NCBI GenBank assembly: GCA_030390025.1
Contig: CM059432.1
Span: forward strand, 74,340,001 to 74,404,000
From: Squalus acanthias
Taxonomy: Eukaryota
Direction: 5' to 3'
Length of the DNA: 64,000 bases
The notes under the pieces were generated by a model. That model had not been told where the DNA came from. It worked only from the letters and a program-made list of their open reading frames with translations, and ran no database searches. Positions 11,929 to 23,363 of this stretch are shown in pieces; position 1 is the stretch's first letter; every line of letters starts with the position of its first letter. The position numbers were made by a program, and so were the translations under genes.

Positions 11929-14900
11929 TTTGCTAAAGCAGTTCGGGAGGATTTAAACTAATATGGCAGGGGAATGGGAACCTATGTAGCGAAACAGGGG
12001 GAAGTAATATGCAGTCAGAAACAAATGTTAGAAGGGTGAGAAACAATAGGGGAAGGCCGAGTAAACAAAGGCAAGAAACACAAAGGGCCATACTAAATCA
12101 TAAGTCTAAAAGGACAAAGGATGTTAATAAAACAAGCCTAAAGGCTCTGTGTCTTAATGCAAGGAGTATCCGTAATAAGGTGGATGAATTGACTGTGCAA
12201 ATAGATGTTAACGGATACGATGTGATTGGGATTACAGAGACGTGGCTCCAGAACAATCAAGGCTGGGAACTGAACATCCAAGGGTATTCAACATTTAGAA
12301 AGGATAGAATAAAAGGAAAAGGGGGTGGGGTAGCATTGCTGGTTAAAGAGGAGATTAATGCAATAGCTAGGAAGGACATCAGCTTGGAGGATGTGGAATC
12401 AATATGGGTTGAGCTGCAGAACACCAAAGGGCAGAAAACGTTAGTGGGAGTTGTGTACAGACCTCCAAACAGCAGTAGTGAGGTGGGGGAGGGTATGAAA
12501 CAGGAAATCAGAGGTGCATGCAAAAAAGGCACGGCAGTTATCATGGGTGACTTTAATATGCATATAGATTGGGCTACTCAAACTGGAAGCAATACGGCGG
12601 AGGAGGATTTCCTGGAGTGTTTAAGGGATGGTTTCCTAAACCAATATGTTGAGGAACCAACTCGAGGGGAGGCCATCCTGGACTGGGTGTTGTGTAATGA
12701 GGAAGGACTAATCAGCAGTCTTGTGGTACGAGGCCCCCTGGGGAAGAGTGACCATAGTATGGTGGAGTTCTACATTAGGATGGAGAAGGAAACAGTTAAG
12801 TCAGAGACCATGGTCCAGAACTTAAATAAGGGCAACTTTGAGAGTATGAGGCGTGAATTGGTGAGGTTAAATTGGCAAGCGATATTTAAGGGGCTATCAG
12901 TGGAAGGGCAATGGCAGACATTTAGAGATCGCATGGATGAACTACAACAATTGTACATCCCGGTCTGGCGTAAAAATGAAAAAGGGAAGCTGGCTCAACC
13001 ATGGCTAACAAGGGAAATCAGGGATAGTATTAAAACCAAGGAAGTTGCATACAAATTGGCCAGAAGTAGCAGCAAACCCGGGGACTGGGAGAACTTCAAA
13101 ACTCAGCAGAGGAGGACGAAGGGTTTGATTAGGGCAGGGAAAATAAAATATGAAAGGAAGCTTGCAGAGAACATTAAAATGGACTGCAAAAGCTTCTATA
13201 AATATGTAAAAAGAAAGAGGTTAGTAAAAACAAACTTAGGTCCCCTGCAGTCGGAAACAGGGGAAGTCGTAATGGGGAACAAGGAAATGGCAGATCAATT
13301 GAACAAGTACTTTGGTTCGGTGTTTACTGTGGAGGACACACACAACCTGCCGGAAATAAAAGGGGTCAGAGGATCTGGTAAGAGGGAGGAGCTGAGGGAA
13401 ATCCTTATTAGACGGGAAAAGGTATTGGGAAAATTGATGGGACTGAAGGCTGAAAAATCCCCGGGGCCTGATGGTCTGCATCCCAGAGTACTTAAGGAGG
13501 TGGCCTTGGAAATAGTGGATGCATTGACGATAATTTTCCAACATTCCTTAGACTCTGGATCAGTTCCGATGGAGTGGAGGGTGGCCAATGTAACCCCTCT
13601 TTTTAAAAAAGGAGGGAGGGAGAAAGCAGGGAATTATAGACCGGTCAGCCTGACATCGGTCGTGGGTAAAATGATGGAAGCAATTATTAAAGATGTCATA
13701 ACAGACCATTTGGAAAGTGGCAACATGATAGGTCCAAGTCAGCATGGATTTGTGAAAGGGAAATCATGCTTGACAAATCTTCTGGAATTTTTTGAGGATG
13801 TTTCCAATAGGGTGGACAGGGGGGAACCAGTAGATGTGGTGTATTTGGACTTTCAGAAGGCCTTCGACAAGGTCCCACACAAGAGATTGGTGAGCAAAGT
13901 TAAAGCACATGGGATTGGGGGTAATGTGTTGACGTGGATTGAGAACTGGTTGGCACACAGGAAACAAAGAGTAGGAGTAAATGGGTACTTTTCAGAATGG
14001 CAGGCAGTGACCAGCGGGGTACCGCAGGGTTCGGTGCTGGGACCCCAGCTGTTTACATTATATATTAATGATTTGGACGAAGGGATTAAATGTAATATCT
14101 CCAAATTTGCGGATGACACTAAATTGGGAGGCAGTGTGAACAATGAGGAGGATGCTAGGAGGCTACAGAGTGACTTGGACAGGTTGGGTGAATGGGCAAA
14201 TGTATGGCAGATGAAGTACAATGTGGATAAATGTGAGGTTATCCACTTTGGTGGTAAAAATAGAGAGGCGGACTATTACCTGAATGGTGGCAGATTAGGG
14301 AAAGGGGAGGTGCAACGAGACCTGGGCGACATCGTACATCAGTCACTGAAGGTGGGAATGCAAGTGCAGCAGGCAGTCAAGAAAGCAAACGGAATGATGG
14401 CCTTCATAGTAAGGGGATTTGAGTACAGGAGTAGGGAGGTGATGCTGCAGTTGTACAGGGCCTTGGTGAGGCCACACCTGGAGTATTGTGCGCAGTTTTG
14501 GTCTCCTAACTTAAGGAAGGACATTCTTGCTATTGAGGGAGTGCAGCGAAGGTTCACTAGATTGATTCCTGGGATGGCCGGACTGACATATCAAGAAAGA
14601 TTGGGTCAACTGAACTTGTATCCTCTGGAGTTCAGAAGAATGAGGGGGGATCTTATAGAGACATTTAAAATCCTGACTGGTTTAGACAAATTAGATGCGG
14701 GCAGAATGTTCCCAATGGTAGGGAAAACTAGAACCAGGGGTCACAGTCTAAGGATTAAGGGGAAGCCATTTAGGACTGAGCTGAGGAGGAACTTCTTCAC
14801 CCAGAGAGTGGTGAATCTATGGAATTCTCTTCCACAGAAGGTTGTTGAGGCCAGTTCGCTAAATATATTCAAAAGGGAGTTAGATATAACACTCACAACT

Positions 14901-15045
14901 AGGGGGATCAAGGGGTATGGCGAGAAAGCAGGAATGGGGTACTGAGGTAGCATGTTCAGCCATGAACTCATTGAATGGCGGTGCAGGCTCGAAGGACCGA
15001 ATGGTCTACTCCTGTACCTATTTTCTATGTTTCTATGTTTTTATG
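11929..15045 (+). mobile_element. Young CR1 LINE truncated at the end of ORF1, with intact ORF2, in sense orientation in a CHD7 intron
   Basis: ORF1 end FAKAVREDLN* (stop 11959-11961), uninterrupted ORF2, CR1 3' hairpin and (TTTCTATG)n tail at 15021-15045. Confidence 0.97.
12009..14945 (+). CDS. CR1 ORF2: APE-type endonuclease plus reverse transcriptase, 978 aa
   Basis: Endonuclease motifs LNARS, ITETW, VYRPP, GDFN, LDWV, SDH; RT motifs YRPVSL, DFQKAFDKV, GVPQGSVLGP, FADD; no stop or frameshift. Confidence 0.96.
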   Translation: MQSETNVRRVRNNRGRPSKQRQETQRAILNHKSKRTKDVNKTSLKALCLNARSIRNKVDELTVQIDVNGYDVIGITETWLQNNQGWELNIQGYSTFRKDRIKGKGGGVALLVKEEINAIARKDISLEDVESIWVELQNTKGQKTLVGVVYRPPNSSSEVGEGMKQEIRGACKKGTAVIMGDFNMHIDWATQTGSNTAEEDFLECLRDGFLNQYVEEPTRGEAILDWVLCNEEGLISSLVVRGPLGKSDHSMVEFYIRMEKETVKSETMVQNLNKGNFESMRRELVRLNWQAIFKGLSVEGQWQTFRDRMDELQQLYIPVWRKNEKGKLAQPWLTREIRDSIKTKEVAYKLARSSSKPGDWENFKTQQRRTKGLIRAGKIKYERKLAENIKMDCKSFYKYVKRKRLVKTNLGPLQSETGEVVMGNKEMADQLNKYFGSVFTVEDTHNLPEIKGVRGSGKREELREILIRREKVLGKLMGLKAEKSPGPDGLHPRVLKEVALEIVDALTIIFQHSLDSGSVPMEWRVANVTPLFKKGGREKAGNYRPVSLTSVVGKMMEAIIKDVITDHLESGNMIGPSQHGFVKGKSCLTNLLEFFEDVSNRVDRGEPVDVVYLDFQKAFDKVPHKRLVSKVKAHGIGGNVLTWIENWLAHRKQRVGVNGYFSEWQAVTSGVPQGSVLGPQLFTLYINDLDEGIKCNISKFADDTKLGGSVNNEEDARRLQSDLDRLGEWANVWQMKYNVDKCEVIHFGGKNREADYYLNGGRLGKGEVQRDLGDIVHQSLKVGMQVQQAVKKANGMMAFIVRGFEYRSREVMLQLYRALVRPHLEYCAQFWSPNLRKDILAIEGVQRRFTRLIPGMAGLTYQERLGQLNLYPLEFRRMRGDLIETFKILTGLDKLDAGRMFPMVGKTRTRGHSLRIKGKPFRTELRRNFFTQRVVNLWNSLPQKVVEASSLNIFKRELDITLTTRGIKGYGEKAGMGY

Positions 15046-15559
15046 CAGGCTTAAGACAGAGTCAGTCATTTTCAAGCTTTTATTTCTGGGACATCCCATG
15101 CAAATATTAAGCATCCCTGAGAACTCCCATCCAAACTTTCAAAAGATGGTGTAAACTACCCACAGGAAAGCTATGCTATACTTTTAGAAAATATTTATTA
15201 CTGTAAAACAAACAACATGCTAGTAAGTTAACAATTATAGGAAAAAAGAGTAGAGAGTATAGAATTTGGGACAATCTGCTCACAGTGCACAGTATGACCA
15301 GTTGTAATCAAAAATCTGATGACCTTGCAGACACCTAGGATCTAGTTTGGAGAACCTATGGTGTAACCAGAAAGTCAAATCCTGACTAACATGAAGGTGG
15401 GAAACTCACTACTTTTTGGTTGAGGGCCACTGTTCCAAACAGTAGTTTACTTGAGAGTTGCTCTCAGAAACTCACCATAAGGTTTATATTTAATAGCAAA
15501 TGTGGCTTATATATGTAAATAGTGAAGAGATCCAAAAGCTTTAAATCATGAACCCAGTT

Positions 15560-15620
15560 TGTAAAGTGCTTTGGGGTGGCCTGAGGTCGTGAAAGGCGCT
15601 ATATAAATGCAAGTCTTTTT
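15560..15620 (+). mobile_element. DeuSINE/L2-type 3' tail fragment
   Basis: gtaaagtgctttggg...gtgaaaggcgctatataaatgcaagtc, the same as the 3' end of the SINE at 47844. Confidence 0.7.
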
Positions 15621-15761
15621 ATTTAGCACTACAATGTGTGAGCATTTAAAAACAAAGAGAGCAACCCCTCCAAAGCAAGACTGATTGCTGCACTTTTTTA
15701 TTCCACTCACCCCACCCCAAACACACCTATAGTAGCAGAGAAATATGTCTGCAGTTTAGTT

Positions 15762-16512
15762 CCATATACGAACAATGACTGACTGACTGGCAAAGACCAT
15801 CTGGTCCATCCAGCCTGTCCCACACAATTGTGATACCTTGTGTATCACAAAATATGCACTCTCCACCCCACCCAAAACCAGGTGATCTCCTGGGAGAGGC
15901 GAAAAACCAAATAAAAACCCAGGCCAATTTGTGGGGGGGGGGTGGAATCTGGGAAATTCCTCTCCGACCCATCAAGGTGATCAAAACTAGTCCAGGAGAT
16001 CACTCTGGCCCTGAATTCTCTGCAGTACCTACCTTTAGTAAGAGGTGATCTCCTCCCCAGCCAGAAACAGGTTCAGCTCTCGTTTGAAGGAATTCAGCGA
16101 ATCAGCATCCACCGCACAAGACGGCAGCCTGTTCCAGAGGTCCACTATTCTCTGAGAAGAGAACCACCTCCTGTCGTCTAACCTAGATCTGGGCTTGTAT
16201 AACTTAAAATTGTGACCCCGAATCCTCTTTAATCTATTTAATTGGAACAAACTGTCAACTGGAACATAATATATTCCCTTCATTATCTTATAAACCTCAA
16301 TCAGATCACCCTCAGTCTCCGCTTCTCTCGAGTGTAGAGTCCCAACTCTTTTAGCCTATCTTGATAACTAAGATGCTTTATACTGGGAATTGGTCTAGTG
16401 GCCCTCCTCTGCACCCTTTCCAAAGCCTCAATATCACCCACCATGTGAGGAGACCAAAACTGGACACAGTATTCCAAGTGATGCCTGACTAAGGTCTTGT
16501 ACAAGGACAAAA
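15762..16512 (-). mobile_element. CR1 LINE 3' fragment (divergent subfamily)
   Basis: [26 protein letters not shown] and WNRLP; distinct 3' UTR. Confidence 0.9.
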
Positions 16513-17692
16513 TATAAGATGTAGCATTCTCTGTTACAAGCCTTGCATCAGGTGTTTAAATAAAATTCCACTGTTCTCATACTAGACATGCTGTGACAGT
16601 TCACTAAGCTACTGTTTACCTACAGTCTGCTAACAATGCAAACACTGAAGCATTCCACTGATTTGAAATTATGCTGAGTTTTCAAGTTTGCCACATTTTT
16701 CATTCACTAGAGCTGTAATTTCCTGGGCAGTTTAATTTGATCCTAAGATTTTGCATTCATCTGTAGCACAGAAGCCATTTGTATATATGACAAGTAATAA
16801 TTAGCTAACGCAGCCAATTAATGTTGATGGCTTCCATTTAATGAGTTGAAGCTGTTTTCCATTCAGACCTCTGTGATTCATCTAGCTGCTAACATGGCCA
16901 TTTACCAAATTAAATTCGCCATACTCTCCAATTATGTATCTGGAGATGGTTCAGTGGGACAAAAAAATCATTTAATGCAATCCTACTATCCAGTTTCTTC
17001 AGTCCTGCTCTGAAGACTTGGAGTTTGCAATCTTTGCTTATCCCCACCCAGCTCCTCCACCTCTGTACGTTGGAGATCACTTTATACCTTTCTGTATTAT
17101 GTAGTGCAAATTCTTGTACAATATTCTGCACCTTCTCTCACTCTTCTTCCACTGGATCCATTGTGCTTTTCATCTTAAAAATTAATTTGACTGCATCACC
17201 AATCTCAACTAGACGAGCATCAGGACTGCGATTGGGAGCAGGGGTACAGTTGAAAACATAGGACTGCACAGCAGAGAATCAGGAGTGTTGTAGTTGGGAC
17301 ATGGGCCATATAATTAGTATCCTGTCTTAATGTGTAGATTTGTGGAAATTGTTCATTTGCAACAAAGTGCAAAAGCATGATTTTTTTTCACCTTCCCAGA
17401 GCCATTAAGGGTTATATTTTTATGAAATGTCTAATTCTGTGTTTGATTGAGTAAATAGTGATTCACCAGAACAGAACTTCCACTGAAATGCATTGCTTAT
17501 GACTTTCTCATCAAATAAATATATGGAATAGAGCACTTGCAAAAACCTGCTCTTTGTATATTTCTAAGATGATATTTATAGAAATTCTAACCATATAAAT
17601 TTATTTTCACAGGACTGTGAATAGTTTGTTTAAATGTGCATGATCCCAAATGAGACATGAATGAACTTGTTTGACTTTTTTCCCTTTCACAG

Positions 17693-17833
17693 AAGAGTGG
17701 AGAGGTGCTGTTGACCCCATTTCAAAAACCTAAACAGAAAAGGCATCGCTGTAGAAATCCTAACAAACTGGATGTTAACACTTTGACAGGAGATGAAAGA
17801 GTGCCTGTTGTTAATAAAAGAAATGGGAAAAAG
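17693..17833 (+). CDS. CHD7: CHD7 coding exon, start of second BRK domain ([47 protein letters not shown])
   Basis: Polypyrimidine tract plus cacag|AAG, donor AAG|gtatgg; 141 bp, phase 0. Confidence 0.96.
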
Positions 17834-18059
17834 GTATGGTTATGTAAAGAGAGAACTGGTAATCTGATTGGCAAGAACTCAAGTCACTTTAGCCAATTTA
17901 TGCTTTGTGTCAACACTGAAATCAACTTCCCTTTCACACTACATTGAAGTTTCAAGATAATTAGCACAGCTAGCAGAACAGTGCAAAAGCTGATGTGCTA
18001 ATATCTGTTTTAAGCCAGCCATATATACAGTAGCAGATAAGTTTTTATTAACTAAACTT

Positions 18060-18449
18060 CCCAAAGTGCTTTGCATCCAATGAATTACTTTTGAAGTGCA
18101 GTGACTATTGTGTGTGTAAACATGACACACTTTGTGCATAGCAAGATCCCACAAACGCCAAATGGGATCGATGACCAGTTACTCCATTTTTGGTAGTGTT
18201 GGTTGATGAGAAATGTTGGCAGGATATCGGGAGGGCTCCCTGCTCTTCTTTGAATAGTGCCATCAGATTGTTTTCATCCACCTGAACAGCCAAACAGGAC
18301 ATTAAGTTAGCATTGAATCGAAAAGACAGCACTTGTGACAATGCAGCATACTCTCAGTACTGCATTAATGCTTAAGTCCTGGAATAGAGCTTGAACAGGT
18401 GACCTTTTGACTCCGGGGTGAAAGTCCTACTAACTGAGCCCAGCTGACA
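18060..18449 (-). mobile_element. DeuSINE (SacSINE1-like), degenerate
   Basis: Colinear with 47844-48313, including the tRNA-derived head. Confidence 0.85.
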
Positions 18450-19355
18450 GGGTATTCCTAATTTTTGTATATTCGATTTTGTCAATTGTTTTAGCAGGTG
18501 TAAATTTTAAATAAATTGAAACCAGTAGGTTTAAACAACGTGGGAATAAATAGTAAACATAACATTTATAAGCCAAACCTACTGTGGGATATGAATTTTC
18601 TTGTTTTTGTGGACATTTTGTAATATTTATAATGGAAAGTAGTCTGTTCCCTGTCTGCATTTCTCTGGATATTTCATTGTAATCTTTTTAAAAATTTTAG
18701 TTTAAGATTTAACTTGCTTAAGTGTACAGTTGACCAGCTGATTAACTTTGTATAAAAATGCTATTTTGGTCATTTATATATCTTTAACATCTGTGGTCTG
18801 AAACCTATTGAACAGCATGGCGATCATTATTTTGATGGGGTGTACAAGTGAATTCTTTCTAAATTGCCTTGTGTAAGTAAAAAACTCAAGAAAATGTGTC
18901 TTGTAATCCTGTTTTAAACTGAAAATCTAAAGATGCTGAACAAGCATTTTTTAATCTTGGTTTTTATAATTCAATTTTTTTGGGGGGGGATTCATTTCTG
19001 CATTCTGAAAATCCACTTGATGGAGCTGTTGGAGATTATTGTGCATATGTCTCCCTATTAAGTTTTTTCCATAATCAACAACCTCATTTCTTTATCTGTG
19101 TAGAGATGATCACTGTAGTTTTGGAACATGGTAACTTGTATTAAGGCCTTTACATATTTCCAGTGGCAATTAGTTATGGTTTTTCTTACAATGGTTTGGA
19201 AGCACTGCATTTTCTTAGTAAACTCCCCAAAGGGAAGCATTTTTCAATGAAGTAAGATATATAAGGAATATGTATATTCAACATTTAGGTAATAAATCAC
19301 AAAGCAAAGTTATACACTACCCAAGGCATTAATACTTTTTTTTCAAATGTGTTAG

Positions 19356-19460
19356 ATGGGTGGTGCCATGGCCCCACCAATGAAAGACCTGCCCAGATGG
19401 CTTGAAGAAAATCCTGAGTTTGCTGTTGCACCTGATTGGGCTGATGTTGTCAAGCAGTCT
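19356..19460 (+). CDS. CHD7: CHD7 coding exon, end of second BRK domain ([35 protein letters not shown]); not in the ORF track
   Basis: Read directly: gttag|ATG at 19356, TCT|gtaagt at 19461; 105 bp, phase 0. Confidence 0.96.
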
Positions 19461-20341
19461 GTAAGTGTGGCTATTCTTGTCATGAGTCAGTCTTAACAAA
19501 ATAAGATGAATGTATTTGAGAATCTGTATAGAATAAGGCAGAACACTCAGGCTATGTAAAATGTAGTGTCTTTCGACTTTGGGAATGGAGGTTTGTTTCA
19601 GTGTACATTCAGCAAAGATTAATTATTTAGTGGGTAACTCAGTTTGTATGCCAGATCAATTAAAGTTATATCAAGTGACTGCACTTTGCTTTTGTGAACT
19701 AAATTGTAGCACACCACAATTGATTTGGTTACAAGTGCCAAAAACTCACTTTAAAATGCCAATCTCAGTTAGATTGCATTATGTAAAACAATGTCAAGAT
19801 TAGTTTATGTTTGGTAGTGTGATTTTGAATTGCAAAGTCCACAATATGGTTCATAAATTCTGGCATAGACATTTTTCCATTTGCACGAGTTATTATAATA
19901 CTTGATGGATATTTTTGGATTTTAGGTTTTCTCTACACCACTCACACTTACATGAACTCTTATTTTCACTTGTGCTGTTAATGGTGTTTGTTGATCGACC
20001 CAATATATGTTAAATTATGTTGGAAAGGGACATTAGTTGGTTTTCCCTAATGGTTTGACTGTGATTGGCTTCCCCCAAGTGTTTGGCTGAGTTGAGTGTT
20101 GGTGGAATTTGGATTTGAAGTAATCCAGTACCCTTTTGTAGTTACTGCAGACCAAAGTGTTTGTTTTTTGATGCACACAATCTTGGCATTATAATAATTG
20201 TACAGCTGTGTCTTTAAAGTTGTGAGTTATATTCATGCAAAATCTAAATTTGCTTTTGAAGCTATAAATTAATAACGAAGAGCCCTTGCTGATTGTGCAC
20301 TTTAGGATTCATTACAATGACACTGCTGTTGCCTTTTTCAG

Positions 20342-21259
20342 GGTTTTCTACCAGAGTCCATGTTTGACCGTGTTCTCACTGGGCCAGTTGTTAGAGAGGA
20401 GGGAGCAAGTAGGAGAGGGAGAAGGCCTAAAAGTGAGATTGCCAAAGCTGCTGCGGCTGCTGCTGCTGCTTCAGCCTCAGGAATAAACCCACTACTGATG
20501 AACAGTCTTTTTGCTGGAATGGATCTAGCAAGCCTGCAGAATTTACAGAACCTGCAAAGTCTTCAGTTAGCTGGATTGATGGGTTTCCCATCAGGCCTTG
20601 CTACAGCTCCCACAGGAGGAGATGCAAAAAACCCTGCTTCTTTACTACCACTGATGCTTCCAAGCATGGCAGGGCTGCCCAATATGTTTGGACTTGGAGG
20701 CTTGTTAAGCAACCCCTTGACTGCTACAGCTAGTACTTCTTCAGCAACATCGGGTCCAAGTGAAACAGAAAGTGGCATTTCATCTAAGACAGAAAATGAT
20801 AAAGAAAATGATAAAGAAAATGAAGATAAGGAAATAAACAGTGCTGAATCTGCAGTTGATTCTAATAATGCAAGTTCAAGCTCTTTCACAACTGCTGCAA
20901 CCACTGGACTATCCAACAACCCTCTTGCTTTCAACCCATTCTTGCTTTCCACTATGGCTCCTGGATTATTCTACCCATCTATGTTTCTTCCTCCTGGACT
21001 GGGAATGACCTTGTCTGGTTTTCCTCATACTACACTGGCTGGACTGCAGAGCACAATGAGCTCAAGTGATGATAAAGAGGATAAGACAGATGGCAAAACT
21101 GAGGACAACAGTTTCATTGAAGGAGAAGCCAATTCAGATGACAGTGATCCTGTGGGAAGCCCCAGTAAACCAGCAGATTCTTCCCTTGTGGAAGATGAAT
21201 TGGCACAGGCGACAGGGTTGGACTCAGTTGAGGGAGAAGAAGAGGAAGATGAGGATTAA
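20342..21259 (+). CDS. CHD7: CHD7 terminal coding exon ([15 protein letters not shown]...EEEEDED*)
   Basis: Acceptor tttttcag|GGT at 20342, in frame with ORF 20360..21259; poly-Ala, [14 protein letters not shown] and [20 protein letters not shown] motifs; TAA at 21257-21259. Confidence 0.97.
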   Translation, partial: GFLPESMFDRVLTGPVVREEGASRRGRRPKSEIAKAAAAAAAASASGINPLLMNSLFAGMDLASLQNLQNLQSLQLAGLMGFPSGLATAPTGGDAKNPASLLPLMLPSMAGLPNMFGLGGLLSNPLTATASTSSATSGPSETESGISSKTENDKENDKENEDKEINSAESAVDSNNASSSSFTTAATTGLSNNPLAFNPFLLSTMAPGLFYPSMFLPPGLGMTLSGFPHTTLAGLQSTMSSSDDKEDKTDGKTEDNSFIEGEANSDDSDPVGSPSKPADSSLVEDELAQATGLDSVEGEEEEDED

Positions 21260-22145
21260 TTACATTTCCAGTTACTTAAGTGTTTTAAAACTCTTCAAGT
21301 TGTAGTCCTACTGTTTACATATTCATTAAATGTCCACACATAGTTTTTTAAGCTATCTCTGTAACATAGTGTAGCAAAGTTCCAAGTCATGTTATGCAGA
21401 TGTCGAAGATGTCTTGGTCATAAGTATTATGCAGTGCATTATTTATTATCCTAGAAGCGATATCAAGTTCAAAATTGTGTCTGAATTTAAGGAATGAAGT
21501 TAAAACAAATGCTCTGCTTTTCGTTTTTCACCAATGGTAATTTGTGATACGCAGCAAACTTCAATCATGGCATGTGATTGTTAGTGACCGAAGCAGTTTC
21601 TGCTCATAAAGGAATAATGAAGATGTATATTTAACATTGCTGTGAAGAGCACAGATGGACAAAAGTCATTGTAGAACATATCATGCCTATAGATTTGACT
21701 GTATATAGAGTCCACACTGACAATCCCCACGATAGTGTGAAGGTCTCACTCCAGAGGCACAGCAATAACTTGGCAGCTGTTGAATGTTTTTTTTAAAAAA
21801 ATCTGGACAATAAAACACCTAAAGGGTGACCATAATTTCTGACTTAAACTACAGTTGATTTGCATTGTCTCATGATTTTTTTTCTTGTAATGCACTGTTA
21901 TAAACAAAATTCAGGTACATTTCTCTAAAGAAAGGACTTTGTTACTTTAGCCACAAAGCTAAACAGCATTACCTCAGTTCTACTAGCATTGAAGTTTACA
22001 AACATGACTTTGTAAATGTATGTTTTCTTTGTTGTGATGTTTTTTAAAAAATTTTGAAAACTGCTATCATGTAAGATAAGATGTAAATTGCTGCCAACTG
22101 TAGTAACGATGCTTTTAATAAAAGTGACCCATGATATGCAGTGAC
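21260..22145 (+). other. CHD7: CHD7 3' UTR (end approximate)
   Basis: Repeat-free AT-rich sequence after the stop, ending near AATAAA at 22117. Confidence 0.65.
22117..22122 (+). terminator. Probable CHD7 polyadenylation signal AATAAA (alternatives at 21809 and 22568)
   Basis: AATAAA in the context gcttttAATAAAagtgaccc, about 860 bp after the stop. Confidence 0.6.
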
Positions 22146-23363
22146 ATGTACTGTAGAACAAGCAAAAGTCTAGAGAAACCAAATTATGATTGGTATTCAC
22201 TAGTTACATTGCTTAGTAGCAATAGAAACACATACCATATTCTGGCTCCTGGAAAGTTTTTTTTGGTTTTATTGGTGAAGTAAATGTTTACAAATGGACA
22301 ATACATGTACTTAAAATACAAAGAAATTTAGCTTTATTATTAAACCAATTCAGTATTAGGCATCCTGGTTTCATTATGTTCTGTTCTACTCTCTTCACCT
22401 GTTAAAAATGCTGATGGTATACTGCACAGCATTATCATAACCATTATGTTTGTAGAAGCAAAAGTCATGATCCGTCAGGTTAAACTGCCTTTCTCACTCA
22501 GCAGGCAGCACATTGTGTAGCCCGAAGCACCAAATATGGTGTAAGCTGTGGATGAGCCTAGGGCTGTAATAAAAACTGAGTGGGGTGGGGGGAATCCCCA
22601 CTCCATTATGTTGCAATGCTATCCTTTTACCACTGTTGCATGGCAGCGGCAGGTGGAATTAATCAATTCAGATAATGAAAAATTCTGTTATCAGAGTGAT
22701 TTTAAATTTGGTTAGCTTTAGTCCAATTTCCAACAGATAGAACCCAAAACATACAATAACCTGCTTGAAGAACCACCTTTGAAATTGTAATGCAGTATTT
22801 CTTGTGTGATGTGAGTTACAAGTTTTTCGCAATCAGTGAATAATAAATCCAGTATTGCAGCTTTCAAAAGGAGTTGTTATGTTTGGGAGTGTGAAATTGT
22901 TTGGGATTTTGACTCCTGGAAATCTGTCCCTTGTATACAGATGTTAAACATTTCTTGCTAAATCTGAGTTGTTTGACCATACATTAAACTATATACCCAG
23001 TACAATTTATTCAAGTCTTTTATGTGTTCACCAGTAGTCAGCAGAGTTATATGCATGAGACATATCTGTGTTACACTTTTATCTCGCTTCACATTGCCAT
23101 CTAATGCTTCTCTATATTAAAAAAAACTATTGCTTCTTTGGTAAATATGCTAAAACCTTAAAAGGGGAGTAAATTCCAGCAATAATGGATTTATTCATTT
23201 TAGTATATTCACTTTCATTTTTCAGTTGCTGTCAATGCTTCTCCTGTTTCTTACTTCTCCAGTCACTTGGACTTTGAGATTTTTCCTTCTAAGAAATTAG
23301 GATCTCATTCATAAAGCAGTACTCTGGCATAAAGTTAAAACATGGTGAGCAGGAGGGGTAAGT

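Noticed and set aside
11959..11989. TAATATG stop-restart (translational coupling) signal
   Set aside because: The ATG at 11963 is not in the ORF2 frame (MAGEWEPM*) and is absent from the copy at about 1940 (TAATCTGG).
12257..14971. Many short antisense ORFs over CR1 copies and over the CHD7 last exon
   Set aside because: Shadow frames of coding sequence with no independent support.
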